A DNA stretch of 64,000 bases from a bacterium. Lineage in GTDB: Bacteria > UBA10199 > 2-02-FULL-50-16 > JAJFLM01. The stretch's first letter is position 1, and every line of letters begins with the position of its first letter. Below the pieces are notes generated by a model. It was not told the origin of the DNA. It saw only the letters and a list, made by a program, of their open reading frames with translations, and ran no database searches. The translations under genes were made by a program, and so were the position numbers. The stretch is from assembly GCA_965216315.1 (NCBI GenBank), contig CBDCFN010000016.1, positions 992,001 to 1,056,000 on the forward strand, given 5' to 3'. Positions 1 to 9,380 of the stretch are shown piece after piece.

Positions 1-345
1 GGGGAGTTGGAGTGCAGCGTAAGCTTCCAGGTGTCCCGCAATGCTGGCGACGGCGGCTTGATTATGTCTGAGTTCAAGCAGATGCTGGCGGCCGCGCTGC
101 AAGGTTTGAGCTGGCTCTTCGCCTGAGGAGGCCTGTTCGATCAGTTGGTCGACGGTCTCCATGTCAGTGGTGAGTCCCGCCAAGGCGTAGGAGCCGGCAA
201 GATCTTGGAAGCTCAAGGTTAAGGCGGCAGAAGTTTGATGCTGCGTGGCATTGCGGATCCAGTGATTTACATTGCTGGTATGCAATGGACCTGTGGCCGC
301 AAGAATAGGCGCAAGTGGGACCGATAATGTGAATATGCCCGACAC
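1..345 (-). CDS. Hypothetical orphan protein, 3' end runs off window (MSGIFTLSVPLAPILAATGPLHTS...)
   Basis: Hand translation: frame open from GTG at 345 to the window edge; preceded by the RCAAC-N14-GYCGATA motif. Confidence 0.6.
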   Translation of the reverse strand, partial: MSGIFTLSVPLAPILAATGPLHTSNVNHWIRNATQHQTSAALTLSFQDLAGSYALAGLTTDMETVDQLIEQASSGEEPAQTLQRGRQHLLELRHNQAAVASIAGHLEAYAALQLP

Positions 346-352
346 AGCTCAA

Positions 353-379
353 CTATCGACAATCCCTGGAAAAAGTTGC
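353..379 (-). promoter_or_regulatory. Putative alternative-sigma promoter GCAAC-N14-GTCGATAG
   Basis: One of six copies with the same spacing; 7 nt from the GTG start. Confidence 0.6.
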
Positions 380-460
380 ACAAAAGATATGCCGCACTGC
401 GTTATCATGGGTGGAGACTGGCGCGAAGCAACTTCTGATTGAGCTGACCGAAAGGAGGCC

Positions 461-1870
461 ATGCAACTTGCGTCGCTGCCGATCCACCAGCTCCATGGCC
501 TTCTCGTGGGGTATCAGATCAGTGCCGTTGATCTTACCCAGGAATGTCTCGCCCAAATTGAGGCCTTTGACGATGAGGTGAATGCCTTCATCAGCGTGAT
601 GCCGGAGCAGGCCATTCAGGCCGCGGTGGCTGCGGAACATCGCTTGTTGGATAGAGATCGCGTCACCCCCCTGACGGGAATTCCCATTGCTATCAAGGAT
701 AATATTTTCACAGTCGGGACGCCGACCAGTTGTGCGTCCCGCTATTTTGCCGGCCATCGGGCGGACTATGATGCCAGCGTGGTCCGCCGTCTCCAAGCCG
801 CGGGCGCCGTCATTATTGGCAAGACGAATATGGATGAATTTGCAATGGGTTCTTGGGCGACGACATCTTTCTATGGTCCCACCCGCAATCCATGGGATTT
901 GCAACGTTTGCCCGGCGGCAGTTCCGGTGGCAGCGCTGCGGCGGTTGCGGCGCACATGGCCGTGGCGGCATTGGGAACGGATACCGGGGGGTCCGTGCGT
1001 CAACCCGCTTCTTTGTGTGGTCTCGTCGGACTCCGTCCCACCCATGGCATTATTAGTAATCATGGACTCGTTCACTCGGTAGCGTCCCTTGATACTATTG
1101 GACCCATGACGCGTGAGGTGATGGACTGTGCCTATTTATTGAGTATTCTTATCGGCGAGGATGCTGCCGATCCTGCCGCGCGGCCTCTGGCGCGCGTCGA
1201 CCCTGATTTTCTAAGCGCCGGTATCAAAGGACTTCGCATCGGCGTGCCCCAGGAGCTGATGGAGACGCTGGAGAGCGATATTGATGGCGCGCTGGCAACG
1301 GCTCTGAATGAATTGTTGAGACTTGGGGCAAAGGTTCAAGCCGTATCGATCCCGAAAATCGAGACGGCCTTGGCGACCTACAATGTACTGGCTGCGGCTG
1401 GGGCCGCCGAGACGTTTAAGACAATTGACTTCGAGGGGGCGGGGCTGGGTGAGGAAGTGACGCGCCGGATTCTGGCCGGGGTGCGTTATTTAACGGGTGA
1501 TCAACAGGCCCGATTAGCAGAGGCGCGGCGGGAACAGTCGTCCCTTAAAAGGGCCTTCCAGCGGATTTTTAAGCGCGGTGTTGATATATTATTTGCGCCG
1601 ACTTCCCCCATAACCGCCATTCGACTCGATGAAATTGCCGATTACGACCCGGAACGCTTACACCTTTCCGATATGATGGTGGTCCCGGCAGCGTTGGCCG
1701 GCTTGCCGGCCTTGTCGCTGCCTGCGGGTTTTTCCACTGATGGCCTTCCCATCGGGATGCAGCTCATTGGTCCCGCCTTGTCGGATCAATGGCTCTTGCG
1801 CGTCGCTTATGCCTATGAGCAAAACACCGACTGGCATCGACGCCGGCCACCGCACTTAAGTGATCATTAA
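461..1870 (+). CDS. Amidase signature family protein, GatA-like
   Basis: IKDNI, GKTNMDEFAMGS, PGGSSGGS, LGTDTGGSVRQPAS motifs; AGGAGG SD; no gatC/gatB adjacent. Confidence 0.85.
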   Translation: MQLASLPIHQLHGLLVGYQISAVDLTQECLAQIEAFDDEVNAFISVMPEQAIQAAVAAEHRLLDRDRVTPLTGIPIAIKDNIFTVGTPTSCASRYFAGHRADYDASVVRRLQAAGAVIIGKTNMDEFAMGSWATTSFYGPTRNPWDLQRLPGGSSGGSAAAVAAHMAVAALGTDTGGSVRQPASLCGLVGLRPTHGIISNHGLVHSVASLDTIGPMTREVMDCAYLLSILIGEDAADPAARPLARVDPDFLSAGIKGLRIGVPQELMETLESDIDGALATALNELLRLGAKVQAVSIPKIETALATYNVLAAAGAAETFKTIDFEGAGLGEEVTRRILAGVRYLTGDQQARLAEARREQSSLKRAFQRIFKRGVDILFAPTSPITAIRLDEIADYDPERLHLSDMMVVPAALAGLPALSLPAGFSTDGLPIGMQLIGPALSDQWLLRVAYAYEQNTDWHRRRPPHLSDH

Positions 1871-1881
1871 TGGGGTTGAAG

Positions 1882-2451
1882 TTATTTATTTTTCGCCGCT
1901 TGCGCGACGGCATACGCTTTCGCTGATTTTTTCACCTTGGCGATTTCATCATAAAGAGTGCGTTCTGCAGATTGATGTTGTTTGAACAGCTGAATAAGTT
2001 TTGCGTGCATCGCCTTGCCCTGGGCGCAGTCGTCATTTTTGTACTGTCCCTGTAAATAATAGGCGCTGGCTTTTTGCGCCAACGGAACAAGTTCTTCATT
2101 GACCTTGGCAAAGACGGCGGCGGCTGTCTCGAGCGTAGGGAAAGGCAGTTTGTTGGCAGCCCCCAGTTCGGCGGCCCCATTACATTTGGCGATGCTGTCG
2201 TGGTAGAGCGGATAGAGTCCGTAGACAACATATCTCTCCTGACAGGTCGGGCCTGTCTCCGGATCGACCCAGGAAAGATAGCGCTCATAGCTCTCATGGG
2301 TGCGTGGAACGGCCTTTTCGAGGCAGGTCGCGTAGCGCTCGATTTCGTTGCTAAAATCAGGTTCAGCAAACGGATTGGGTTTTTTATCGGCACACTGAAT
2401 TAGAGACAGACATAAAGTGCTTAAGATAAGCAGCCTTGATAAAGTTTTCAT
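1882..2451 (-). CDS. Putative lipoprotein, YiiG/DUF3829-like
   Basis: Signal peptide ending in Cys (LIQC); RYLSWVD..GPT..ERYVVYGLY and YY.Q..YKNDD.A.GK..H resemble YiiG; GAGGAGG SD before ATG 2451. Confidence 0.7.
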   Translation of the reverse strand: MKTLSRLLILSTLCLSLIQCADKKPNPFAEPDFSNEIERYATCLEKAVPRTHESYERYLSWVDPETGPTCQERYVVYGLYPLYHDSIAKCNGAAELGAANKLPFPTLETAAAVFAKVNEELVPLAQKASAYYLQGQYKNDDCAQGKAMHAKLIQLFKQHQSAERTLYDEIAKVKKSAKAYAVAQAAKNK

Positions 2452-2486
2452 AATGACCTCCTCAGTAGTCAACGTCGATCGAGAGA

Positions 2487-3821
2487 CTAGTCAGGAAGGT
2501 CCGGAATCGCAAGTTCTATGCCCAATTTCTGCTTGGCATGTTTGACGAGTAAGGGAAGCATCGGTCGTGCATCAGGACTGACTCGTGCCCAGTATGCCTT
2601 GCCAAGAGGGGTTCCGCGCCGGTACTCATCACAGAGCCATTTGATGAGATAGACACTATACGCAAAATTAAGTTGCAGGTTCTCATACTCCTTTTTGTCG
2701 AACATAATTCTTAATTCCGCATCCGCAAATTCAAAACAAGTTATGGCGACCATCCAATTATGGAGGCGTTCATTGAGCTCCGTGATGTGCCTCTGTGTAG
2801 AATTGAGAATGGCCGGCATTAATGAGAATTGGCGGTAGTGTTGGTTCATTTCGTTGCGTAATAGGGTGTGGGCGCGATCCCAGCTTGGGGGATGATGGTC
2901 CTCGAATAAATAACCCCAGCCCTGGTAGCCAGGATCCATGGAGAAGCGGACACGAAAAACCGCCTGCCCTTTGTGGCCTTGATGGCCGAGGGCTAGCAGG
3001 AAACGCTTACCGAGTGAGCCGTGACCGTCAGCTCGGAACTCGAGTAGCTCCCAGGCATGCTGGATTTTTTCGATTCTGTCTTGATCGAAAAGATCGAGTT
3101 TAACATCGATAGAAATTAAGTATTCCTTAAATTGAGCGAGGACTTCGGTGCGATCTCTTTCACGTGCAAAATCAAAGCCGAGTCGAGGGAAGACGTAACA
3201 ACCCGCCTTAGTGACGGGCAGTTCCAGGGCATCCAGCCCCAAGCGCTGGAGAAAGGCGATCTCACGTTGGGTGCGCCGACGGCCGATACCCTGACCCTGG
3301 AGTTGATCGTTGGTAATAATGAAACCGTCTCCTTGAGCGATCCATGCTTCGCCGAGCGCTGTTTTTGCCGGAATCTTACGCGCGGAAAAACCGATTTCTT
3401 CATGGTCACTACTTGTTTCGACAAAGGCGCGGATATAGAGGCTGGTTTCACCGATGAATTCCAGTTCGAGGCGTCCGAGTTGAAAGCCCTCGACGTCGAG
3501 GTAAAAGGCGGCGGATAATTCCCGAATGGTCAAGGTGCGCCCGAAGAGCTGCGGGCTCTTTTCATCGAGTGCGTGTGCGGTGCCAGCGCCGGCTGGTTTT
3601 TCAAAGATCTCCGGTATTATGCCGCGAAAGAAGGTGACCTGTCGGATAGGTTCATCGCTGGGGCCTAGATCAGCCAAGAAGCGCCTGATTGGCTCGGATC
3701 CGAAGCGGTTCCACAATTGCTCCCGGGTGGAGTCGCTCAGGTCGGAACTCAGTAGGGTCGTACTGGCCAGGACGGGTGCGCTAATGGTTGTCAGGCTTGA
3801 GCAGGTCGACAAGTGCCACAT
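2487..3821 (-). CDS. Orphan protein with GNAT-like acetyl-CoA-binding motif
   Basis: 444-aa ORF; QLQGQGIGRR and GCYVFPRLGF resemble GNAT motifs A/B; S/T-rich N-terminus. Confidence 0.65.
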   Translation of the reverse strand: MWHLSTCSSLTTISAPVLASTTLLSSDLSDSTREQLWNRFGSEPIRRFLADLGPSDEPIRQVTFFRGIIPEIFEKPAGAGTAHALDEKSPQLFGRTLTIRELSAAFYLDVEGFQLGRLELEFIGETSLYIRAFVETSSDHEEIGFSARKIPAKTALGEAWIAQGDGFIITNDQLQGQGIGRRRTQREIAFLQRLGLDALELPVTKAGCYVFPRLGFDFARERDRTEVLAQFKEYLISIDVKLDLFDQDRIEKIQHAWELLEFRADGHGSLGKRFLLALGHQGHKGQAVFRVRFSMDPGYQGWGYLFEDHHPPSWDRAHTLLRNEMNQHYRQFSLMPAILNSTQRHITELNERLHNWMVAITCFEFADAELRIMFDKKEYENLQLNFAYSVYLIKWLCDEYRRGTPLGKAYWARVSPDARPMLPLLVKHAKQKLGIELAIPDLPD

Positions 3822-3828
3822 GGGCCCC

Positions 3829-3855
3829 TAATCGCAGGATAGCCAGCAATGTTGC
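3829..3855 (-). promoter_or_regulatory. Putative alternative-sigma promoter GCAAC-N14-TGCGATTA
   Basis: Same spacing as other copies; 7 nt from ATG 3821. Confidence 0.5.
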
Positions 3856-3878
3856 GAGAAAAATAACGCGCAGCGTTA

Positions 3879-4778
3879 TTAGAGCCTTTTCAGGTAAAAT
3901 TCATTCGAGAAGAGGTCCTTCTCGACACCGCTTAAGTGATAGCTCCAGCGATACTTGCCATAGCGTGGTCGACCCTCGGCATGTTGGAACAGCGGCGCGG
4001 AGAAGGGGAGTTCAAAACGCTGTTGGCGCGTTTCCGCTGGAGCACGCATGGGGACGCGGTTCCATTTACCGCGAAAGAAGTGTTCCAGCTGGATATCTTT
4101 CAGTTTCGCGGGATCCAGCTGGGTCCATTGAAAGTGGAGGGTATTTCCCTTTAAGTAATCGTTTTTGTTGCTGGTGAGTTGAGTGGCGATATCTTTATCT
4201 AGAAAGCCGACGAGTTTACGTGGAAAAGGCCCGCGTCTTCCCCAAGTGCGTACGGGGCCGCGATCGACATGCACGAAATCCATGGGGCCGTAATAACCAA
4301 CGCCGCCGGTTTTGAGCTGCTCCACATAATCTCTGACGGTTTCTTCGCGAATCTCATCGATATGAATATCGGCCGCTTGACCCGCCATGTGGAAGCTTAC
4401 CGGGCTGACGGCATGACCTTCGTTTTGTAGTTGTTTGTTGAGGGCCTTGGTTCGGTAACCGGAAATAATCTCGATAGCGTCTGCTTCAAAATGATCTTGA
4501 AGATGATCGAGCAGGTCGATGAGTTCGATCTGCATCTTAATGACTGCGGAGTTATCGCGCGAGCGAAACATCCGATTGATTTCCGCGATCCCCGCCGCAA
4601 CAATTTTCCCGTTCTCGCGGAAGGTGACCTCGGAATACTCGTCGAGGTGATAGTTGAAGAGGCGGAGCCGACCATCCCCTTGCGGCGTGGCCCAGCAGGG
4701 GCTAAGTCCTTGGATAAACAGGAAAACCGCGGAGCAGAGAGAGAGGGAATATTTTCGGATGGGTGCCGACGGGACCAT
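3879..4778 (-). CDS. YcbK/DUF882 (peptidase M15A, MepK-like) protein with C-terminal extension
   Basis: IISGYRT..N, SFHMAGQAADI, GGVGYYG..FVHVD.G motifs; signal peptide. Confidence 0.85.
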   Translation of the reverse strand: MVPSAPIRKYSLSLCSAVFLFIQGLSPCWATPQGDGRLRLFNYHLDEYSEVTFRENGKIVAAGIAEINRMFRSRDNSAVIKMQIELIDLLDHLQDHFEADAIEIISGYRTKALNKQLQNEGHAVSPVSFHMAGQAADIHIDEIREETVRDYVEQLKTGGVGYYGPMDFVHVDRGPVRTWGRRGPFPRKLVGFLDKDIATQLTSNKNDYLKGNTLHFQWTQLDPAKLKDIQLEHFFRGKWNRVPMRAPAETRQQRFELPFSAPLFQHAEGRPRYGKYRWSYHLSGVEKDLFSNEFYLKRL

Positions 4779-4946
4779 GGGAATTCCGCTACCTCATGCC
4801 GGGAAACGAAGTCAATCAGGGTATCAGGTTGGAATTCACTTGACCCGGGAGAAGATGTTGCTTATCAACTCTAGCTCCATTATACTTTGCGAAATCAAGG
4901 GCTTATTAAAAAATATTGAACAGCACTCAGCTAAGGGGGTTTTGTC

Positions 4947-5459
4947 ATGAAGAAATACGCAATAATCAGCTCGTTAAGCCTGGCGGCAGTATTACTGCTT
5001 GCAGTGACTGCGGATGTAAGGGCGGAAACGATGATTCCGGAGGATCCAGCACCTGATGCTTGCGCCCTGGCCGAGCGTGAAGGGAAAAACTGCGATCGTT
5101 GGTATGAGATGGGACAGCCCGCGCCCAAGGTGATTGTCCTGCACAACATCCATTTTGATGTGGGCAGTTCCAACATCAGGCCGGAATCACGCCGCATCTT
5201 GGACGATAATGTCTCTCAATTGAGAGGGGCTAATAAGCGCATTCGTATCGAAGGTCATACGGATTCCGATGGGAGCGATTCCTATAATCAGCGACTCTCG
5301 GAGGCACGGGCCAACGCGGTGCGGAGTTATTTTGCCGGCAAAGGTATCAGCAGCAGTAACATGACGGCAGTCGGACGTGGTGAGAACAGCCCGGTAGCGA
5401 CCAACGCAACCCGGGCGGGTAAGCAGCAAAACCGACGCATTGAACTCTACATCGATTAG
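4947..5459 (+). CDS. OmpA-family peptidoglycan-binding protein
   Basis: IHFDVGSS, IEGHTDSDGSDSYNQRLSEARANAV, NRRIE motifs; signal peptide. Confidence 0.92.
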   Translation: MKKYAIISSLSLAAVLLLAVTADVRAETMIPEDPAPDACALAEREGKNCDRWYEMGQPAPKVIVLHNIHFDVGSSNIRPESRRILDDNVSQLRGANKRIRIEGHTDSDGSDSYNQRLSEARANAVRSYFAGKGISSSNMTAVGRGENSPVATNATRAGKQQNRRIELYID

Positions 5460-5482
5460 TCCATAACGATAAGAACTTATTG

Positions 5483-5521
5483 AAACGGCACCTGGCTGAC
5501 GCTGGGTGCCGTTTTTTTTTA
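5483..5521 (+). terminator. Rho-independent terminator
   Basis: AAACGGCACC...GGTGCCGTTT stem followed by a T run. Confidence 0.8.
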
Positions 5522-6436
5522 TTCTTTTGGGATGGTGCGAGCCAGATAGGATCGAAATGCTTTGGTCGCGAGTGGATGAAGCAACGGTGAAACCTCCGCC
5601 AAGATGGCATAGGACATGTCCTGAAAAGCCTGTAGATAGACCCTATATTCAGGGCTTTCCAGGCCAACCAGGCTTTTTAGTCGTGCCAGTTCGGACAGGC
5701 CAGGTCCCCAAATGTAAGCGACCAACCCACTAATGGTAAAATCCTTGGTTTCGATATCGATCGCATGATTCATCATCGTGTTGAGTACATCATGCAGAAC
5801 AGGGTCTGAGGTATATGCTTTCATGGCATCGTAACATTCATAGGCGAACTGGCGCGCGTATTTGTGGAGGCGGCCGATACAGTAGCCGTGAAAGATGTCG
5901 TGAATAGCAAAAATAAAAGGATCGACTATGACGCGGGCGTCACCGAGCCACAGGGGCGCCTCGGCCATGCCAATGGGATGTTGATTTTCTCGATGCAGGG
6001 CATTGATGTCATCTCGCTCAAGAATGCCTGACGAGCGGACCCACTGAATCGGTACTTGGTCGCGCCCATCGAACGCAATGGCCGCCGAGAGTTCTAGAAA
6101 CGAAAGGGAGGGGACATGCCAGATGACGGCGTCATCTTGGCGCCTGACGAGCAGAAGTCGATGACGCAACATGTTTTCAAGTCGCTTGAACAACCAGTTG
6201 ACGTCAAAATCGCTGGTTTCTCTCAAGGAATCGCGTGGCATCGTCAATTGAAGTACCTGCAAAGCAGCGCTGTCGTCTGGGTGCTGCTGAGAGAGTCGTG
6301 ATTCAATCGTGGTGACGAACTGAGGATCACCTAAAGGGCCCGTGTCAGCTAAGACGGAGATGCTTGCATGGGCTATGCGGGTGGAAAAATTGACGGCGAG
6401 TTGGGTCCAGGCCAGGTTCATATTTTGGCTCAGCAT
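5519..6436 (-). CDS. Orphan hypothetical protein
   Basis: 305-aa ORF with an HDIFHGY His motif; preceded by the promoter motif. Confidence 0.65.
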   Translation of the reverse strand: MLSQNMNLAWTQLAVNFSTRIAHASISVLADTGPLGDPQFVTTIESRLSQQHPDDSAALQVLQLTMPRDSLRETSDFDVNWLFKRLENMLRHRLLLVRRQDDAVIWHVPSLSFLELSAAIAFDGRDQVPIQWVRSSGILERDDINALHRENQHPIGMAEAPLWLGDARVIVDPFIFAIHDIFHGYCIGRLHKYARQFAYECYDAMKAYTSDPVLHDVLNTMMNHAIDIETKDFTISGLVAYIWGPGLSELARLKSLVGLESPEYRVYLQAFQDMSYAILAEVSPLLHPLATKAFRSYLARTIPKE

Positions 6437-6443
6437 AATAGGC

Positions 6444-6470
6444 TCATCGGCGCTTGTGGGGATCTGTTGT
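6444..6470 (-). promoter_or_regulatory. Putative alternative-sigma promoter ACAAC-N14-GCCGATGA
   Basis: Same spacing; 7 nt from ATG 6436. Confidence 0.6.
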
Positions 6471-6591
6471 GGCTATTTATTAGTGCGCTTTTTATATTTC
6501 TCATATGCATAAATATCTATAATAGATATATAATAATATATAATTATAATATATCTTTATTTTCGTGGGGCCGTGGAGTAAGCTCAACACA

Positions 6592-7485
6592 ATGAAAATC
6601 ATTATTGCGGGTTCCAGTGGGTTGGTCGGGTCAGCACTCCGAGCCGCCCTTCAGGCGAACCATCATCAAGTCATTCCGCTCGTCAGGCGGGTTCCGCAGA
6701 CGGGAGAAATCAGGTGGGATCCCGAGGCGGGAGAACTGGACCCTTCGACACTCCTGGGGGCCGATGCGGTCGTGCATTTAGGTGGCGAAAATATTGCGGA
6801 CGGACGCTGGACGGCGGCCAAGAAAGAACGCATTCGCTCCAGTCGGCTCCGCGGGACCCGGCTCCTAAGTGATGCCCTCGCGTCATTACAGACGCCGCCG
6901 CCCGTTTTGCTGACGGCCTCGGCTATCGGCTACTACGGTGATCGTGGTGATGAACTCGTGGACGAGGCGAGCGCTGTAGGGTCCGGGTTTCTCCCGGAAC
7001 TTTGCGCGGACTGGGAGGCCGCATCGAACTCGGCCGAACACAAGGGTGTCCGGGTCATACGCATCCGCATTGGCATTGTATTGAGTTCCGATGGGGGTGC
7101 CCTGAGGAAAATGCTGCCGGCTTTTAAGTTGGGAATTGCCGGTCGTGTCGGTAATGGGCAGCAGTATATGAGTTGGATTGATATCGATGATTTGGTTGGG
7201 GCGATAGGCTATTTGTTGCAGCTTCCTGATGCCGTTGGCACCTATAATGGTGTGGCTCCGAATCCCGTGACGAATAGGGCGTTTACGAAGGTACTGGGGC
7301 AGGTGTTACGACGGCCGACGTTGTTTCCCATGCCTGCCGCCGCCGTTCGCCTTATCTTTGGCGAGATGGGTAACGATCTGCTCCTGGCGAGTACGCGTGT
7401 TCAGCCGGCTCGGCTGCTTTCCTCAGGATATGAGTTTCAGTATCCTCAACTACGCGCCTCATTAAGGCATTTGCTTCGCAAATGA
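6592..7485 (+). CDS. TIGR01777/YfcH-family epimerase-like oxidoreductase
   Basis: MKIIIAGSSGLVG, GENIADGRWT, ASAIGYYG, GNGQQYMSWIDIDD. Confidence 0.9.
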   Translation: MKIIIAGSSGLVGSALRAALQANHHQVIPLVRRVPQTGEIRWDPEAGELDPSTLLGADAVVHLGGENIADGRWTAAKKERIRSSRLRGTRLLSDALASLQTPPPVLLTASAIGYYGDRGDELVDEASAVGSGFLPELCADWEAASNSAEHKGVRVIRIRIGIVLSSDGGALRKMLPAFKLGIAGRVGNGQQYMSWIDIDDLVGAIGYLLQLPDAVGTYNGVAPNPVTNRAFTKVLGQVLRRPTLFPMPAAAVRLIFGEMGNDLLLASTRVQPARLLSSGYEFQYPQLRASLRHLLRK

Positions 7486-8498
7486 AGGCTGCGCTTCCTT
7501 ATATTTCGGCGGATATTCCGGGCATTGACGGAGAACTCAAGGTAGAGGCCGCTGATTTTATCGTGGTTGAGATGCCGGCCTATGAGGCCGAGGGCCGGGG
7601 CGAACATGTGTATGTCCGCATGGAGCGTGAGCTAATGACGACGACCGACCTCGTCAGACAGCTTAGCTGGATTTTTGGTCTCGATGAGGTCGCGATTGGT
7701 TATGCGGGACTCAAAGACAAGCTGGCACGAACGACCCAAACGATATCGCTGCATCTTCCATCGTTGAATGAAGACGAAGTTGCTTCCCGTATCGAGGCTG
7801 AAATTCCCGTGAAAGTCCATTCAGTGCAGAGACATGCGCATAAACTGCGGCGAGGACATCTGAAAGGAAATCGCTTCAGTATTTTAGTACGGACTCCGGA
7901 CCCCGAGGCCATTGCTAAGGCGCAGGCGATCGAAGCGGCATTGGAAGAGCGAGGTGTGGCTAATTATTTCGGTTCGCAGCGTTTTGGCCGTGAAAATGAT
8001 AATGCCGACCAGGGTTATCGAATTTTGCTGGGAAAGCGGCGGCGGCGCGATTGGAAGGCCCGCTTGCTCCTTTCCGCGTTTCAATCAGAACTGTTCAATA
8101 GTTGGTTGGGCGCACGCATACGCAGTCACCACTTTGATTGCCTCCTTAAGGGAGACGTCGCCAAAAAGCTGGAAACGGGCGGTTTATTTGTCGTGACGGA
8201 TCTGGAGGCGGATCGCGTGAGGTTGAGGAAGCGGGAGATATCTTATACGGGCCCCTTGTTTGGGGCTAAAATGATGGCTGCCGAGGCGGAGGCAGGGGCG
8301 GTTGAAGAAGAGCTCCTCAAGACGACCGGGCTCACGATGGAGCAATTTTCACGGCAGAAACTGCGGGGGAGTCGTCGCCTGGCACGCCTGTGGCCTGAGG
8401 AAAGGCGTATAAGTGCCGACGAGCAGGGCGTGCGCTTTTCTTTTACGCTCCCCAAAGGGGCCTATGCGACATCTTATCTGCGGGAATTCATGAAATAG
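7482..8498 (+). CDS. truD: tRNA pseudouridine(13) synthase
   Basis: DFIVVE, GYAGLKDKLARTTQ, HKLRRGHLKGNRF, NYFGSQRFG, FTLPKGAYATSYLRE. Confidence 0.95.
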   Translation: MKAALPYISADIPGIDGELKVEAADFIVVEMPAYEAEGRGEHVYVRMERELMTTTDLVRQLSWIFGLDEVAIGYAGLKDKLARTTQTISLHLPSLNEDEVASRIEAEIPVKVHSVQRHAHKLRRGHLKGNRFSILVRTPDPEAIAKAQAIEAALEERGVANYFGSQRFGRENDNADQGYRILLGKRRRRDWKARLLLSAFQSELFNSWLGARIRSHHFDCLLKGDVAKKLETGGLFVVTDLEADRVRLRKREISYTGPLFGAKMMAAEAEAGAVEEELLKTTGLTMEQFSRQKLRGSRRLARLWPEERRISADEQGVRFSFTLPKGAYATSYLREFMK

Positions 8499-8998
8499 GG
8501 TGGCCCATGAGCCGGCCGACGGTCACCCGTCGTCCGGCTCAGACCTTTTGAGTGTCGCTATGACTTTCTCTCCCCGCCCAGAGAGGCTGCAAATAGAGGG
8601 CCAACGCGGATTCGCGGCTAAGTCCTTGATAATACTGAGTCACCGCGGTGAAGGGGGGTGCCAAAAATGCAAAGATACCCCCATAAGTGTCAACTTATTG
8701 ACTCAAAAAACCGTTGGTAGCGGATTGTTTCTAAGGTTGAGCGCGGACGCTTCGTCACGGCTCAAGCGATGGCTGAAGAAATTTTATCTGTGACGATGCA
8801 CTCCATTTTTCTGCGCCACGTCCTCTCGGCATGTTTAAAAAATAGGCAACAAAAATTGAAGTCCGCTGAAAATAAATCTGCGTTTGACCCTATAAATAAA
8901 GGCTAAAATGAAAAAAAATATTCGACAAGCCTTGCTATTCTTGCTAATAATGGGCGCCTGAATAGCACTCATACTTTTACCGAAGGAGGTAATCTCTA

Positions 8999-9319
8999 AT
9001 GGCTAAAGCTCTAACAAAAGCACAAACAATCGACAAACTTGCGACACGCAGTGGTTTCACTAAAAAAGATATCGCGGGTGTGCTCGAAGAATTGGCCAAC
9101 TTAGCTTATAAAGAAGCAAAGAATGGTTTCACCTTGCCAGGACTGGGTAAACTCGTACTGGTGAATCGTAAGGCACGCATGGGACGTAATCCTCAAACTG
9201 GTGAGGCCATTAAGATTCCAGCGAAACGCGTCGTTAAATTCCGTGTAGCCAAAGCGGCTAAAGATTCCATTCTTGGACCTGCCAAGAAAAAGCCTGCTGC
9301 ACGTAAAAAGCGTAAGTAA
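8999..9319 (+). CDS. hup: HU family DNA-binding protein with basic C-terminal tail
   Basis: LPGLGKL...RKARMGRNPQTGEAIKIPAKRVVKFR; AGGAGG SD. Confidence 0.93.
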   Translation: MAKALTKAQTIDKLATRSGFTKKDIAGVLEELANLAYKEAKNGFTLPGLGKLVLVNRKARMGRNPQTGEAIKIPAKRVVKFRVAKAAKDSILGPAKKKPAARKKRK

Positions 9320-9340
9320 GTTAGTTTAGTTTTGAATTAT

Positions 9341-9380
9341 AAGGGGCGGATCGATTTTAATCGGTCCGCCCCTTTTTTTT
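9341..9380 (+). terminator. Rho-independent terminator
   Basis: AAGGGGCGGATCGA..TCGGTCCGCCCCTT stem followed by a T run. Confidence 0.85.

Noticed and set aside
353..1075. 240-aa antisense ORF and similar shadow ORFs (e.g. 46164-46796, 57817-58398)
   Set aside because: They lie opposite well-supported genes and have no motifs
8500..8998. 97-aa ORF or ncRNA in the long region upstream of HU
   Set aside because: No recognisable protein or RNA motif; looks regulatory (IHF-like site, A tracts)
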